A stretch of DNA of 61,599 nt, filler included, from Squatina squatina (taxonomy: Eukaryota): NCBI GenBank assembly GCA_031763465.1. It is 3 parts of 3 records of this genome, joined end to end, with 100 filler letters (N's around TTAATTAATTAA, not from the genome) between each part and the next. Parts side by side here need not be neighbours in the genome. Positions count along the whole stretch, not along the records: positions 29,404 to 48,320 come from JARFOE010000235.1; 2 more parts are not named here. One strand, written 5' to 3'. Position numbers and translations under genes: made by a program. Position 1 is the stretch's first letter, and each line of letters starts with the position of its first letter. Positions 35,701-48,420 of the stretch are shown here, piece after piece. Under the pieces are notes generated by a model, which saw only the letters and a list, made by a program, of their open reading frames with translations, ran no database searches and was not told the DNA's origin.

Positions 35701-37675
35701 TTATGTTCTTATGATAGGGACTTCTATTTAACTGAATTATATGGGGAAAGCACACCCAACGTATCAGGAGGTGCTATGACTTCCCAACGAGGCTTATTCC
35801 TTCATTTAGTACTGAGCTGAAATGGTTAAGTGAAAGGCAGCATCTGGGATTTCATCTGAAGGCCCAACAGCACATGTTGTTCTGTTTTGAAATCTGGAAA
35901 ATGCAGGGCACATCAACTGGTCAATTTCCACTGGTTTGCCTGAGAGCTTCAAGCCTCTTAAACATTGTCTTTATGGGTGAATGCGGAGGCCTGGATTTAC
36001 TATCAGAAGATCTGAGCCAGGAAAAGGAATTCAGTCTCTAATTGACAAAGAAACCCCTTTGGAAAATGTGCGTGCGTGTGTCATCTCAGCAACATGACAC
36101 TGAAGCTGAATGCAAATATTCCTCTCCGCTATCCAACTCCGTATCCCACCCGAGTTCGGTTACAGTGTTTTTCCATTGTTCCAGCAGCACAGATTTGTTG
36201 TGTTTTAACTGCGCCTAGCAACTATTCTCTTCCAACTGTACTTGTAAATCAGCAGCAGACCTGTCACGACTTGAGAGAATGAGAAACGCACAGGGCTTCC
36301 TGCCCCCTGCAATCAGCTCCCAATTGTAGCTGGGGAGAAGTCACGAGCAGGCTGCGCTCAGCAGGTGCTGCCTACCAGAGGCAGCCCTTGGCCATTCTTG
36401 GCCAGCCTGCGCCACACTCCCACATCTCCTCCGTCACTCCAACGCTAGCTTGCTAGCTTTCTCTTTCACACTTACTTTCCTCTCAATGACACTCGGCTTT
36501 GTAAAAAGTCCAAGTCTGACACTTAAATACTACCACGTAAATACTACTCCCAATAACTGGAACACCTCCTCTCTTGGGCAGAATACTCATCATCTGTCAG
36601 GCAAGTATGCTTCTCTCACCTCCAAACTCCCTCTCTGTCGCTGTTGCAAATTTTGTCTCTTTTAACATTAATACTATAGAAATCATAGAATCATAGACGC
36701 TTATGGCACAGAAGGAGGCCATTCTGCTCATCGTATCTGTACCAGGACTTGTTAAGCCCGGGAATGCTCTTCCACACATTTAAGGCTGAAGATTATAGGA
36801 AACTCAATCTTCTTATAGAAATCACTTTTTTGCCATGAACACAAACACAGCTGTTGGGCGAACAGTTATCTAAAGTCACTGACACAAACATGACTTTTGG
36901 GGAAAAAAACAGCTCATTGACACCAGTTTTCATGTCATCCTTGATGCCCTGTGATCCATCCTGCAACGAAAGATGTGAGGGCTTTCAGAGAACTGGCAGC
37001 AAAGATAAGAAGAATTGCTTCCATAAGTGCTTTTACGTTTACTTTTTTTCATGTTGATGTCTTAGTAGAGCAACCACCATGCACTACTTTCCCACCTTTA
37101 TACTGCGCCGTTACTGTGGTCTCTGTGCTGGCCTGTCAGAGACTGGTTTAGCGGATGCCAGCCTGGTAACATTAGGGCCCATTTTGATTTGATGCAGTAA
37201 TCGTGTGTGTGGCAAGTGTTGCAGAATGTTGAATTCAGTTGAAATAAATATCGAGAAAGATGTAAAATGTCTGCCGACTTGACATCACCCATTTTGTACT
37301 ATTGCACAAAATCAAAATCCACCCTGTTCTCCTGTTTTCTATTATTTCTTTTTCTACCTTCATGAATGAACAACCAGTAAGATGATTTATCTATTTTTAA
37401 TTTTGTTTTAACTATTCTGTTCTATTTATGTCTAATTTTCATTAACCTCTTCTTGCTTTTACAGCACTCGTTTATTTCCTTCTTTTCAGTCTTGTTAGTC
37501 AATGTCACACTATTGTGACTCGTTCTAATTGTTTCTGCGTCTTTTCTTCATTTTCTTTCTGATCTTTTTGTTTTGNNNNNNNNNNNNNNNNNNNNNNNNN
37601 NNNNNNNNNNNNNNNNNNNNNNNNNNNNNNNNNNNNNNNNNNNNNNNNNNNNNNNNNNNNNNNNNNNNNNNNNNN

Positions 37676-38015
37676 GAGGGGGTGCTGCACTGTTGGAGGT
37701 GCTGTCTTTCGGATGAGATGTTAAATCAACTCTCTGTCCACCTCTCAGGTGGACATAAAAGATCCCATGGCACTATTTCGAGGAAGAGCAGAGGAGTTCT
37801 CCCCAGTGTCCTGGCCAATATTTACCCCTCAATCAACATCACTAAAATAAAACATATTATCTGGACATTATCGCATTGCAATTTGTGGGAGCTTGTCATG
37901 AACAAATTGACTGCCACGTTTCCTACGTTACAACAGTGACTACACTCCAAAAGTACTTAATTGGCTGTAAAGCTGGGACGTTCGGTGGTTGTGAAAGGCT
38001 CTGTATAAATGCAGG
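37676..38015 (+). mobile_element. DeuSINE (SacSINE1-like) SINE, Deu-domain and 3' tail
   Basis: gtgctgcactgttggaggtgctgtctttcggatgagatgttaaa...aaaagatcccatggcactatttcga...gtcctggccaatattta...acaacagtgactacact...tataaatgca. Further copies at about 5270-5420 (-), 14112-14160 (head), 21607-21725 (-), 34925-35020, 50024-50185 (-) and 61010-61400 (-). Confidence 0.8.
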
Positions 38016-39328
38016 TTTTTTTTTCAAAGAGCAGGCACAGGCACAATGGGCCGAATGTCTTCTTGCTGTGCCACAGGCTACAATGGAGAANNNNNNNNNN
38101 TATCTCCTCAACACAACCTGCCTTGTTCAATACCATGAACAATACTTCAGGCCTGGTACAGAGACCATGTTCCACTTAAAGCATAAAAGCAGCCGCGATA
38201 TTGAGGTAGGTCTGTGCGATATTTACTGCCTTCATTTCACAGCCTGAACGTGCTGTTGCAGATTCCATTACCTAAAAAATGTTTTAAAAAGCAAGAAAAC
38301 GCCGCTTGCACAGACAGCAGATTCCGAATCCGTTTGAAAACCAAATTGCGAAAGTACAATAAACAGAGGCTGTGCATGCATGAAAGCTGAAGCAATCAAC
38401 AGAGTACTAAGATTTTAGACAGACTAATGGAAGGAAAACAGCTGCCAGCGAAAGCGTTTTATATTTGCAGTCACTGTAATAGAGGCAATGAAAAGGTTTT
38501 GCATGATCTGACAGAGTGCTTTACAGGATCATTTAGCTCAACATTATCTGTTTTTAATCACTTGTAAATAAAAATTGTAACTTTTCCCCCAAAACCCTAT
38601 TACTGCGTAATACAATTTGAAATGAAATGGAACTTTGATTATTTGTAGTCCCACTGTCTGCACTCTTGATTATCTTTTATTGAAGTGGTAACAGCAGTGG
38701 GATTGGGGAATATATTGGTATCATGCTGCAACAGTTCATAGTAATTTATTGTTTGTGAAGCCTTTCAAAATGTTTCCGAAAGATGTGATGAGGTGCTGTT
38801 TGAATGTAAGTCTTCCTTTATAATTGAGCAAAAATGTGGTTGAGTATTTTTAATTGATTTTTCACAGACTCTTGGTTCTTGGTGCAGCAAAATCATAGAA
38901 CAGACTCATCAAATCATACAGCACAAAAGGAGGCCATTCGGTCCATCTTGCTTGTGCCAACTCTTTGAAAGAACTGTCCAATCAGTCCCATTCCATTACC
39001 CACCAACCCCCCACCTGCCAAGCTGCTCTTTTCCCATAGCCATGCAATTTTTCCTTTTCAAGTATTTATCCAATTCCCTTTTGAAAGTTACTATTGAATC
39101 TGCTCCACTGCCCTTTCAGGCAGAGCATTCCAGATCACAAGTCATTTCAACTTACATACTACATCAGCGATTTTACTACAGCCAAATCTCGTCAATGTAA
39201 AAATGTGGAAAATAAAAATGTCTTACTGNNNNNNNNNNNNNNNNNNNNNNNNNNNNNNNNNNNNNNNNNNNNNNNNNNNNNNNNNNNNNNNNNNNNNNNN
39301 NNNNNNNNNNNNNNNNNNNNNNNNNNNN

Positions 39329-39420
39329 CACGAGTGCAAGTGTGAGTGTGCATGTGGTTACTTGTACGTGTGTGTGCATGTATGTGTGCGAATGTGTGTT
39401 TGCAGTTGTGTGTGTGCGTG
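39329..39420. repeat. Degenerate (TG)n microsatellite
   Basis: gtgcaagtgtgagtgtgcatgtg...tgtgtgcgtg. Confidence 0.75.
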
Positions 39421-42225
39421 TTCTTTTCTTTTTGCCTCAAAATCTACCAGGTATATTTACGATGATACATTCTTTATTACCTTCCAAATCAATTATTTGG
39501 CAATTGATGGGAAAGAATCAATTTCACCTTCGTAACTCAGTTGTACAGGAGACTGACAGAAGCTGCAGTTGGTGAGTAATTTCAGTCACATTGTATCATC
39601 TCACTTGCAAAGGTGGATGAGGTGGATTTAGACTGCTGCCTACTTGAGCGGCAGTCAAATGTTCTGCGACTCAGCAACGGCCTGTGCATGTCAATGCTTG
39701 AATCAGTTGGGAGTTTCAGCTCACTGGACTGAAAGGGTAATAGCAGAATAAAATAAGTTTTATAAGCGTGAAACCTTCCATAATTTAATTCTGGAGATGC
39801 CAGAATCTGTTACTCTTCCAGATGGTTCATTTCGATACATTTTCTGCAGCTCACACCCCAACAGATCTTTGAAGGTTTAGTCCAGGCAGACTGTATTTTC
39901 AGTGATTTTGCTCTTGTCAAGTCTAGTGATGCTGGAGCTGAGCAGCGGCGCACTTAAGACATAATTCTTAGCGCTGAAGCTCAGGTCTGGCACGATTAGC
40001 TGTCAGGGATCATTTTCCAACTTCATGCTCCCTCTGGGGAGCTTCACCCACCGAGAGCCATTATCACAAACTCCAGCCTGCACAGCACGTGTCGAGGTTT
40101 CTGATATGNNNNNNNNNNNNNNNNNNNNNNNNNNNNNNNNNNNNNNNNNNNNNNNNNNNNNNNNNNNNNNNNNNNNNNNNNNNNNNNNNNNNNNNNNNNN
40201 NNNNNNNNGGGGGCAGAGTGTTTGTGTGTGCTGTTGATTCAGTGTCGGTCGGGTGGTACATCCCATTAATTTTAAGCTGTTAACAACTAATTGTCCCTCC
40301 TTCCCATTATCTGAACAAACAACTTAACCGGCCAAAGATTATATCGGAGGCCTTAAAAACCCAGAGCATCGGAGCTTCAAAACCTCAAGGAACTTCACCT
40401 GCTAACCAACGTGGTGATCTGTCATTTGCAATCTTTTATCAATTTTCGGCATTTTTTTTATTTCATCCCCAAGTATGTGCGAGACAGTAAAACTGATCAC
40501 TTTTTCCCTTTGTTTCCTGGGTTTTGCACCTGCTGTAAGTAGTTATATCTGGGCCTGGATGTTGTCTATACCTTACAAAGGGTCTCAAGAGATCTCAGCC
40601 AAGAGGAGCTCAGACCCTCAACCAAGTGACCGAGAGAGCAGCGTGAGTACAAGGGAAGAGGGGTCTGGGGTCCAGACATGGTCTGATTAATGTTACGTTA
40701 ATCATTTGGCTCAGATATTTGCAGCGTCTGATGTTGGTAACTGCCGACTGATACTGTCTTCTCTACAGTGTATCTGTTCCAATTCTGTATTTTTGTCGAC
40801 TATGCAAAGTTATAATTTTGTAGATTTTATTCCCCAGTAGAGGGGATTGGGTACGGGAACCAATTCATTGCTTTATAAATCAAAAAAATACTTCCATTGA
40901 GAGGCTTTAAAGAGGTTGTAAAAACAATTATTCCCTAAGTTTCTTGCATACAGATCTATCCTCCCGATTCCTGTAAAAATACAAAAGCATCAGATTGCCA
41001 GCTGTACTTTAACGTCTTTTACTTAGAAAGTAAATTGAAGCAGCAAATGGCTTTAAACGAATCCCTGAATATTTAACTGATAGTTAATGTAAAACTCAGA
41101 AAAGTTATAGGTTCTGGAAGAATAACATCAGTTTAACAGTCTGAATAATTCAAAACTTTCCTGAAAGTAACTTGTACACATTGTGGCAAGCTGATGTCTA
41201 TGAATGATAACTGAGATTCAAGGATTGAAAGTACTGATCCGGGCGTGAGGGGGAAGGAGAAGGGCGCAGAGGAACGAGGGTTCTATTAAGGGTCAATATG
41301 ACAGCAAGTTGGCAGACTGGCAATGCAATGGGAAATTGGAACCAAGTCAGCTGACTGCAGTAGACTTGGTCAACATGATACTTGAGCCAGACAGCTCTAT
41401 TGTACTTCAAATTACTCTTGGCTCACCAGTCGGGTTCACTGTTGTGACTTGGAGTAGTCACTTATTCATGGTTTCTAGGTTGTAGGATCTGTTGTATCTG
41501 ATTTATCAGAATGTGGTGACTTTTGCCAAACTAATCTTTATTCCTTCAGTCACCACATCACCAGTCCCACCCCACCTCCCCTCAAAAGATGCCCAATCCT
41601 TGCTGGGTTTGCTTCTACAAGCACCGCTAGTCTTCGTACCACATGTATGATCTGAGCCAGTGAGTGTCAGCGGGCACCCCTATCCTTAATCCAACTTGAA
41701 AAGGTGCATTTTCCAGCAGGTGTGTTTGAATAGTGATCAGGAGCAGAAACCCTGGCTGAAATCATTCACACTCCACCTTTTTCTGAAACTCATTGTGCCC
41801 CCACTTACCATTCCAAAACAATCTCCTCACAGCATGCGGTTAGTTTGCCTCTTGAGTCAGAAGGTTATGAGTTCAAGACCAACTTTGGGGCTTCAACTGA
41901 TAATCTNNNNNNNNNNNNNNNNNNNNNNNNNNNNNNNNNNNNNNNNNNNNNNNNNNNNNNNNNNNNNNNNNNNNNNNNNNNNNNNNNNNNNNNNNNNNNN
42001 NNNNNNTAACCATTTTCCTTTCCACAGATGCTGCCTGACCTGAGTTTTTCCAGCTTCTGTTTGTATGACTAATAAAGACCTTGCCCAAAAAAAGTCATTG
42101 CATATTTAAGATACAAAGTCCAATTGAGATGGATAATAAGTGTCCTTCATTCAGATTTCTACAGTGAACCAGTGCAACTAAATTAACCTTTCACACAATA
42201 AAACCCATCACGGTCCAACACTAAC

Positions 42226-42377
42226 CCCTCGCCCGTGAGTGCGCAACAGGCCTGGATGTGCCACGGATGGTCTTTGATGGATGTTAGTGTTAAAAACTTG
42301 GAAATCTCAGCTGCCGACATGGAGTTCTTCATGTCTTGTTTATTGGCAAATACCAGCACAGCTGCCTTCCGGAGGTC
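42226..42377 (-). CDS. ARL5C: ADP-ribosylation factor-like 5 GTPase, internal exon (152 bp, NKQD G4 motif)
   Basis: ttcacag|GAC...GG|gttagt; [50 protein letters not shown](G). The C paralog is assigned by its position between PLXDC1 and CACNB1. Confidence 0.9.
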
Positions 42378-43364
42378 CTGTGAATGAAAACAAGCCATTG
42401 TTACCTATCTTGTAGAACAAAGCAATACCAGCAGAGCAGATCATCGCAGAACTAAAGCTGGAAAACAGCAAGTGCAAATCAAACCAGGTTATGCTATCGC
42501 AGTCGAGGCTCAGCATTCAACTGCACAAACATGTTTAATGAACCCACCTGTTTCAGGGGTGTCTACATTTGGCCAAGCCCAACACCAGGCAAAGAACTGA
42601 CGAGTAATGTGCTGTGTGTGTTGCTGGTCTACAATAGCAATCATTTGNNNNNNNNNNATTAAGGCAGGCTTCCTACCCATTTTCTATTCCCACCCCTCTG
42701 CCTCCCCCAGTTTCTCAGGTGTTATTTGATTACAGAATACATTAAATCCAGGCCAGATTTGGTTTTCACCAGACATCCATAGATAGGAAACACTCCTTAC
42801 TGAGGTCTGTGCTGATTCAAACCACTGTCATTATAGACCTGCAAAGAGAATCCACAGTGCATTATTTGTGCCTGCTGCTCAGAATACCTGATCTTTTCCT
42901 TGTGTTTATTATCCGTTTAGGGGTGTTGCTCCCTTTCCAAGGCACTGAAGCCAACTGTGAGGCAACTCAGCTAACCCAGCACATGCAGGGTAAAAAAAAA
43001 ACAGCAAAATCTGGCCTGTGTGGCTTTCCAGTACACAGGTAGCATCTTTAACTAATTGGTTATGGGGGAAATCAGGAGTTTCTTTTATGGTGTACACCAT
43101 TATAACTTTGCCATCTTAATTCAGTACAGACTACTGGTACCTCCCTGGTCAGTATGGCTCATGGCTATTCAGCAAACCTGACCACCCAACCATTGGAACA
43201 ACAGAGATACTGAAGTTCACAGAACCAATATTGACACATTAGCCTATATAAAAAACAAATTCAGGATCCTATATACCAGATATCACATTCGTAGCAAACT
43301 CCCTTCACTTTTCTCCTCATCCAATACTCAGTTTACTTGCTTCCAATTTAGCAGCAAATTGTAC

Positions 43365-43448
43365 CTCATGCGCCAGCATTTTGTAGAGTTCCTCTTTTGT
43401 AAGTGTGAGCCGCTCTCTATCTGTGCTGTCCACAACTAGAATGACAAA
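43365..43448 (-). CDS. ARL5C: ARL5 GTPase, internal exon (84 bp)
   Basis: tttcag|TTT...GAG|gtac; [28 protein letters not shown], which joins in frame to the 42226-42377 exon. Confidence 0.92.
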
Positions 43449-43529
43449 CTGAAATTAAAACAAATTTACACATCAATACAAATCCATCCCTTCTGGAGGC
43501 CAGCATCATGTACAGTTACCTTTTCATAT

Positions 43530-43886
43530 AACATTGTGAGGAGGACAAAGAACTTACAAAGGGCTATAGACAGGTGGATTGAGTGGGCAATAAATTGGCA
43601 GTTGGAGTATAATGTGGTGAAATGTGAGGTTATTTACTTTAGTAGAACAGAAAAAACAAAAATAAAAATAAATTAAATGTTGGAGAGAGATTTAGGTGTC
43701 CTCATTTAGGAAACAGATTTAGCATTCAGGTACAGCAAGCAATTCAAGGCGGCAAATGGTATGTTGGTTTATATTGCAAGGTGCTTGGAGTACAAGAGTG
43801 AGGAAGTCTTGCTACAATTGTACAGGGCTTTGGTAAGACCGCAGCTGGAGTACTGTACACAGTTTTGGTCTCCTGAGGAAGGATAT
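43530..43886 (+). mobile_element. CR1-clade LINE RT C-terminal fragment
   Basis: LQRAIDRWIEWAINWQLEYNVVKCEV...IARCLEYKSEEVLLQLYRALVRPQLEYCTQFWSP. Confidence 0.88.
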
Positions 43887-45218
43887 NNNNNNNNNNNNNN
43901 NNNNNNNNNNNNNNNNNNNNNNNNNNNNNNNNNNNNNNNNNNNNNNNNNNNNNNNNNNNNNNNNNNNNNNNNNNNNNNNNNNNNNNAGATGTGTATTTGT
44001 CACCTACACTTGACCATTGAGGCCTTTCTGTAGGTTGGGGTTGTGCCCACAATGTGCCACCTTGTTGTACAGCTGAAAATTAGCCTCGAGTTGATGGAAG
44101 TTGAAGGAGCAGTTGCCCAGTGACCAGTGTGCACGACTTGCACAACAACCTAGCTGTCAGTAAGTGGTGGTACATCATGCACCTGGATTGTTTTTCCTCT
44201 CCTGAAGGTGTTCACTCATGTTGGGTTATAGTGCCACGAGCCTTTCTGTCCTTCTGTTCCTCACCCAAGGTCATTCTTCATATGTGAGCCTGGACAGTGA
44301 GTGTAAATAGGATTGATCTTATCCTCACCCAATGTAGATGTGTGCACACTTTCCAGCAGGGAACCCAGCTGATTTCACCTGCTCCTAAACTCGTGTACTG
44401 AGGGTTACCATACAGGTTTAACTGCCACCCTGGATCAGATCAGCTCATTCGGCAGACTCGGGATCAGACTTCCTTGACTTTGTGTGACGGTGTAAAACGG
44501 ATGATCGCGAGTCAACAGCCTGTTTTACAGCTCTCTTGGTTGGAAATAGAAATCAGGAGAGATGTAAAACAAGGTCAAGATCTACTTTCTCCTCTCTATG
44601 GCTCAGTTGTCATTTTTGATTGACGGGGGGGGGTGGGGGAATGATGGTTCTGATAGTTGCAGGATGCAAATGATCTCAACTGCACTGGATAAAACATTTC
44701 GGAGGTAAGCAGAGTCAGGGCTGGAATGGCACAAATAAATGTAATACAGCATTTCTTATTAAAATTTACATTTGAACATTTATTTATAATATATACTGGA
44801 CATAGAATTTTTCAGGAATCAGCGGCAAGTCGTTACTCCTGACCCTGCAGCAATGATCGTCATCAATCCTCTGGTCTAAATTTTGTCACACATTAAGGAC
44901 AAGTAGTGCACTGTCAGCAGAGAAACCGACCAGCAACAAAATTTAACCTCCCACAGAAAATTCAAACAGTATATTATTATAAACAGTACCAGATAGCAGG
45001 GAGTGATTTTCAAGGCCATGATTTGATCTTAGGGTTTGGACAATGATTTATGAGAGCTTTACACTTTTAATATATATTGTTTGTTAATTTTGGTTTCCAT
45101 TTTTGGCACCCGGTTCCTCACAGAGCGTGACCATCCAGTTATATTGCAGCTTAGATGCAGAGTGAAGCTCCCTATGCTCTGGCCCAACAAAGACACCTTC
45201 ATCCCAAATCTCCAAAAA

Positions 45219-45234
45219 TCGCCCCCTACTGGAG
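45219..45234 (-). promoter_or_regulatory. Candidate CTCF-binding motif
   Basis: Minus strand CTCCAGTAGGGGGCGA matches the CTCF core CCASYAGRKGGCR; motif match only. Confidence 0.4.
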
Positions 45235-47038
45235 CAGTGTACATTTTATTCCATTTCAGTAGCTATCTCCACGGCCTACCAGTGAAGAGGCCAAGTTAGT
45301 GTCAATTGGCGCCAAATCATATGTAACTTTGTGTTGTGGGCTCCTGGCTACAAGGAATTGGATAGCGGTTGCCCCAAACACATTTTCCTTTGGGTCCTTA
45401 TAGCCAGCAGAAAAGGGACATTCTCGTTGCAGGAGTCTGGGTTGGTTTCAAATCCAGGCCCCAGAGGTGAAAGGTCAGTGTTCCAACCCAGCACATATAT
45501 TCATCCTCTCCGTTTAGGACATCATCCGAACCCCTTGATTACATCACTGCCTTTTAAATCACTTGCAAGTATTTATTACTCTATGTATGTTTAAATTTTG
45601 GCATAAATTACCCTCTCTANNNNNNNNNNNNNNNNNNNNNNNNNNNNNNNNNNNNNNNNNNNNNNNNNNNNNNNNNNNNNNNNNNNNNNNNNNNNNNNNN
45701 NNNNNNNNNNNNNNNNNNNNNNNNNNNNNNNNNNNNNNNNNNNNNNNNNNNNNNNNNNNNNNNNNNNNNNNNNNNNNNNNNNNNNNNNNNNNNNNNNNNN
45801 NNNNNNNNNNNNNNNNNNNNNNNNNNNNNNNNNNNNNNNNNNNNNNNNNNNNNNNNNNNNNNNNNNNNNNNNNNNNNNNNNNNNNNNNNNNNNNNNNNNN
45901 NNNNNNNNNNNNNNNNNNNNNNNNNNNNNNNNNNNNNNNNNNNNNNNNNNNNNNNNNNNNNNNNNNNNNNNNNNNNNNNNNNNNNNNNNNNNNNNNNNNN
46001 NNNNNNNNNNNNNNNNNNNNNNNNNNNNNNNNNNNNNNNNNNNNNNNNNNNNNNNNNNNNNNNNNNNNNNNNNNNNNNNNNNNNNNNNNNNNNNNNNNNN
46101 NNNNNNNNNNNNNNNNNNNNNNNNNNNNNNNNNNNNNNNNNNNNNNNNNNNNNNNNNNNNNNNNNNNNNNNNNNNNNNNNNNNNNNNNNNNNNNNNNNNN
46201 NNNNNNNNNNNNNNNNNNNNNNNNNNNNNNNNNNNNNNNNNNNNNNNNNNNNNNNNNNNNNNNNNNNNNNNNNNNNNNNNNNNNNNNNNNNNNNNNNNNN
46301 NNNNNNNNNNNNNNNNNNTTGTAAATTCATGTAAACAAGGATTGGTGGGTGAAAGGACATTCTCTGAGGATAGTGGCAGAAAGTGAGAGCCACTTTTTAA
46401 AATGGCATCTTTTAACTTCATGCTTCTATGCTTTCTTTTGTGTTCATGACAGGAACATTTTTTTGTACCCAGCAACGTGTGAACCTGACAGAGTACAGAT
46501 CTAAAATCCTCCAGTCGGACTGTCAGATTCTTGGCTTTGGCTGATTTATTGGCTTTTCACATCTAAGCTATGTAATCAGGTGAATTGATCACAGATCTAC
46601 CTGCAGGTGAACTTGTTGCACAGGGGTGTACAGTAATGATTCAAGCGTGTTTGTCAAATGTGTCAGTTCTTAAAGGGTTAACGACGCACCGTATCTGGTC
46701 CTGATAACAAAACCCTTGCAGACCCAGTACTGAAGCACGAGAAACAATAGGGAGAGAGGGGTGGGGTGGTATTGTATTCAAATCCCCTCTCCCAGAATAT
46801 TCAATCAATAACTGCCTATTAGCATTACGTCAGATAGAGAGGTTCAGGAGTGGTGTGATTATCGAGAGGGTTTGGAAGGACAAGTGCTCCAAATTGTTAA
46901 AACAATTATCAACTCTTCCTCGAAATGGACAAGTTTTTCAATGAAACAGAACTGCTTTGAAACAGACAGCACTACAAGATAACAAAACTCTCCCAAGGGA
47001 AGCAGGAGACAATCCCGACTGGAAGTGCGAGCTGCACT

Positions 47039-47536
47039 TTAGCAAATGTATACGTCGCGGTTCCACTCCTCGATGTCGCTCTGTTTCCTGGACAAGACCT
47101 CATCGTCGTTTTGCCGGTAGCGGTCTCTGGCTTTCAGCCGGCTCCTCTGCTGTCTGTTGTGGTTGTCGCGGTCCTCCTCCTCCTCCTCCTCCCACGACTC
47201 CTGCCGCTGGACTTGCTGCCGTGTGATGCCGCACCAGCGGGCGCCTGTGCCGTGGGGGTCCTCCGAGTGTTCCTGGTCGTCATAAGGGTCCAATTCCATG
47301 CAGGAGTCCCCTGGCTCGGTGTAGGCCGAGTCCCGACTACCCTGTGTCTCCAAGTCAAAGGTATCCTGGCGGGACAGACCGCGGGAGATGCCCCTCGGGT
47401 GATGGCTGTACTGAGGTGTGGAGGAGGACGAGCGACGGTAGCATTGTTTGGCAGAGTCGTTCCGATAGTCATTCAAGCCTGTCCGATCAGGTGTCGAACA
47501 GTCATTGCTTTGCTCTCCATGCACTAAGTAGGAACC
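47039..47536 (-). CDS. CACNB1: Voltage-gated calcium channel beta-1 subunit, terminal exon (beta1b-type C-terminus)
   Basis: ctaactag|GGT; GSYLVHGEQ...LSRQDTFDLETQGSRDSAYTEPGDSCME...RQESWEEEEE...EEWNRDVYIC*, paralleling human CACNB1 LSRQDTFD...SAYTELGDSCV...RQGSWEDEEE...WGRGVYIR. Confidence 0.92.
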   Translation of the reverse strand, partial: GSYLVHGEQSNDCSTPDRTGLNDYRNDSAKQCYRRSSSSTPQYSHHPRGISRGLSRQDTFDLETQGSRDSAYTEPGDSCMELDPYDDQEHSEDPHGTGARWCGITRQQVQRQESWEEEEEEDRDNHNRQQRSRLKARDRYRQNDDEVLSRKQSDIEEWNRDVYIC

Positions 47537-48320
47537 CTAGTTAGTAGCAGCACACCATGCAGAAAGAGGGGGTGGGGGAGGTGGAAAACAAGGATAAGTT
47601 AGTGATAAATGACAAGCACAGTCTCTTACAGCAGATTAATAACAGCAGCAACAAGGAAACACAAACAATCCCATTGGTTCTCTTTCTTTTTAAGTAGTTA
47701 AGTATAAAGCTCAATAACATGTTAAAAAAGCAGCTTTGTTTTAGCAATGTCAACACAAACTCTGACTGTAACGTTTATGATTTAAGTTCCAATTAGACTT
47801 AATGCTGAAATAACTTAATATGACCTCTGCATTAAAAAAAAACTTAGAGAAGCACATTCTTGTTTCTGGTGGCCTGTGCAGGTTGTTCAATCAAATTACT
47901 GAGGATTTGAAAGAGTTTGAAGAAGAACATGGACCAGGAATTTGCTTACCGTGGCAGATCCTGACCCCACTGCCAGCTCTATCTCACAGTCTAAAATGAA
48001 TTTCCACCGATAAGAAAGCCCACCCAGCGCATTTCCCGGCCAATTAGAGGAAGTGGGTCTGGTGACATCATTTATGACACGTCATCAGCCGGTTTCCTTA
48101 AAGGGACTATGTCCAACTTTATTTTGACATTTATGCTGTCAAGTGTTCTGCAGCATTGAGGTGCTGCAAACACTGACACAGATGCACAGGGCTGCACCCA
48201 GCCTCTCCCATGACTCCCTCCATCTGCACCCATGGGCGGAAGAGATCTTCCCACAAGATCAACACAGCCTGGTTGCAGATTTTACAGGAGGCCACAAGCA
48301 GGGATGTAGTCAGGAGGATC

Positions 48321-48420
48321 NNNNNNNNNNNNNNNNNNNNNNNNNNNNNNNNNNNNNNNNNNNNTTAATTAATTAANNNNNNNNNNNNNNNNNNNNNNNN
48401 NNNNNNNNNNNNNNNNNNNN
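48321..48420. other. Artificial scaffold linker (44 N + TTAATTAATTAA + 44 N)
   Basis: Same construct, 12-mer at 48365-48376. Confidence 0.95.

Noticed and set aside
35060-46475. ORFs of 150-294 aa spanning long N runs (35060-35755, 45563-46475 and others)
   Set aside because: Their length comes from translated Ns.
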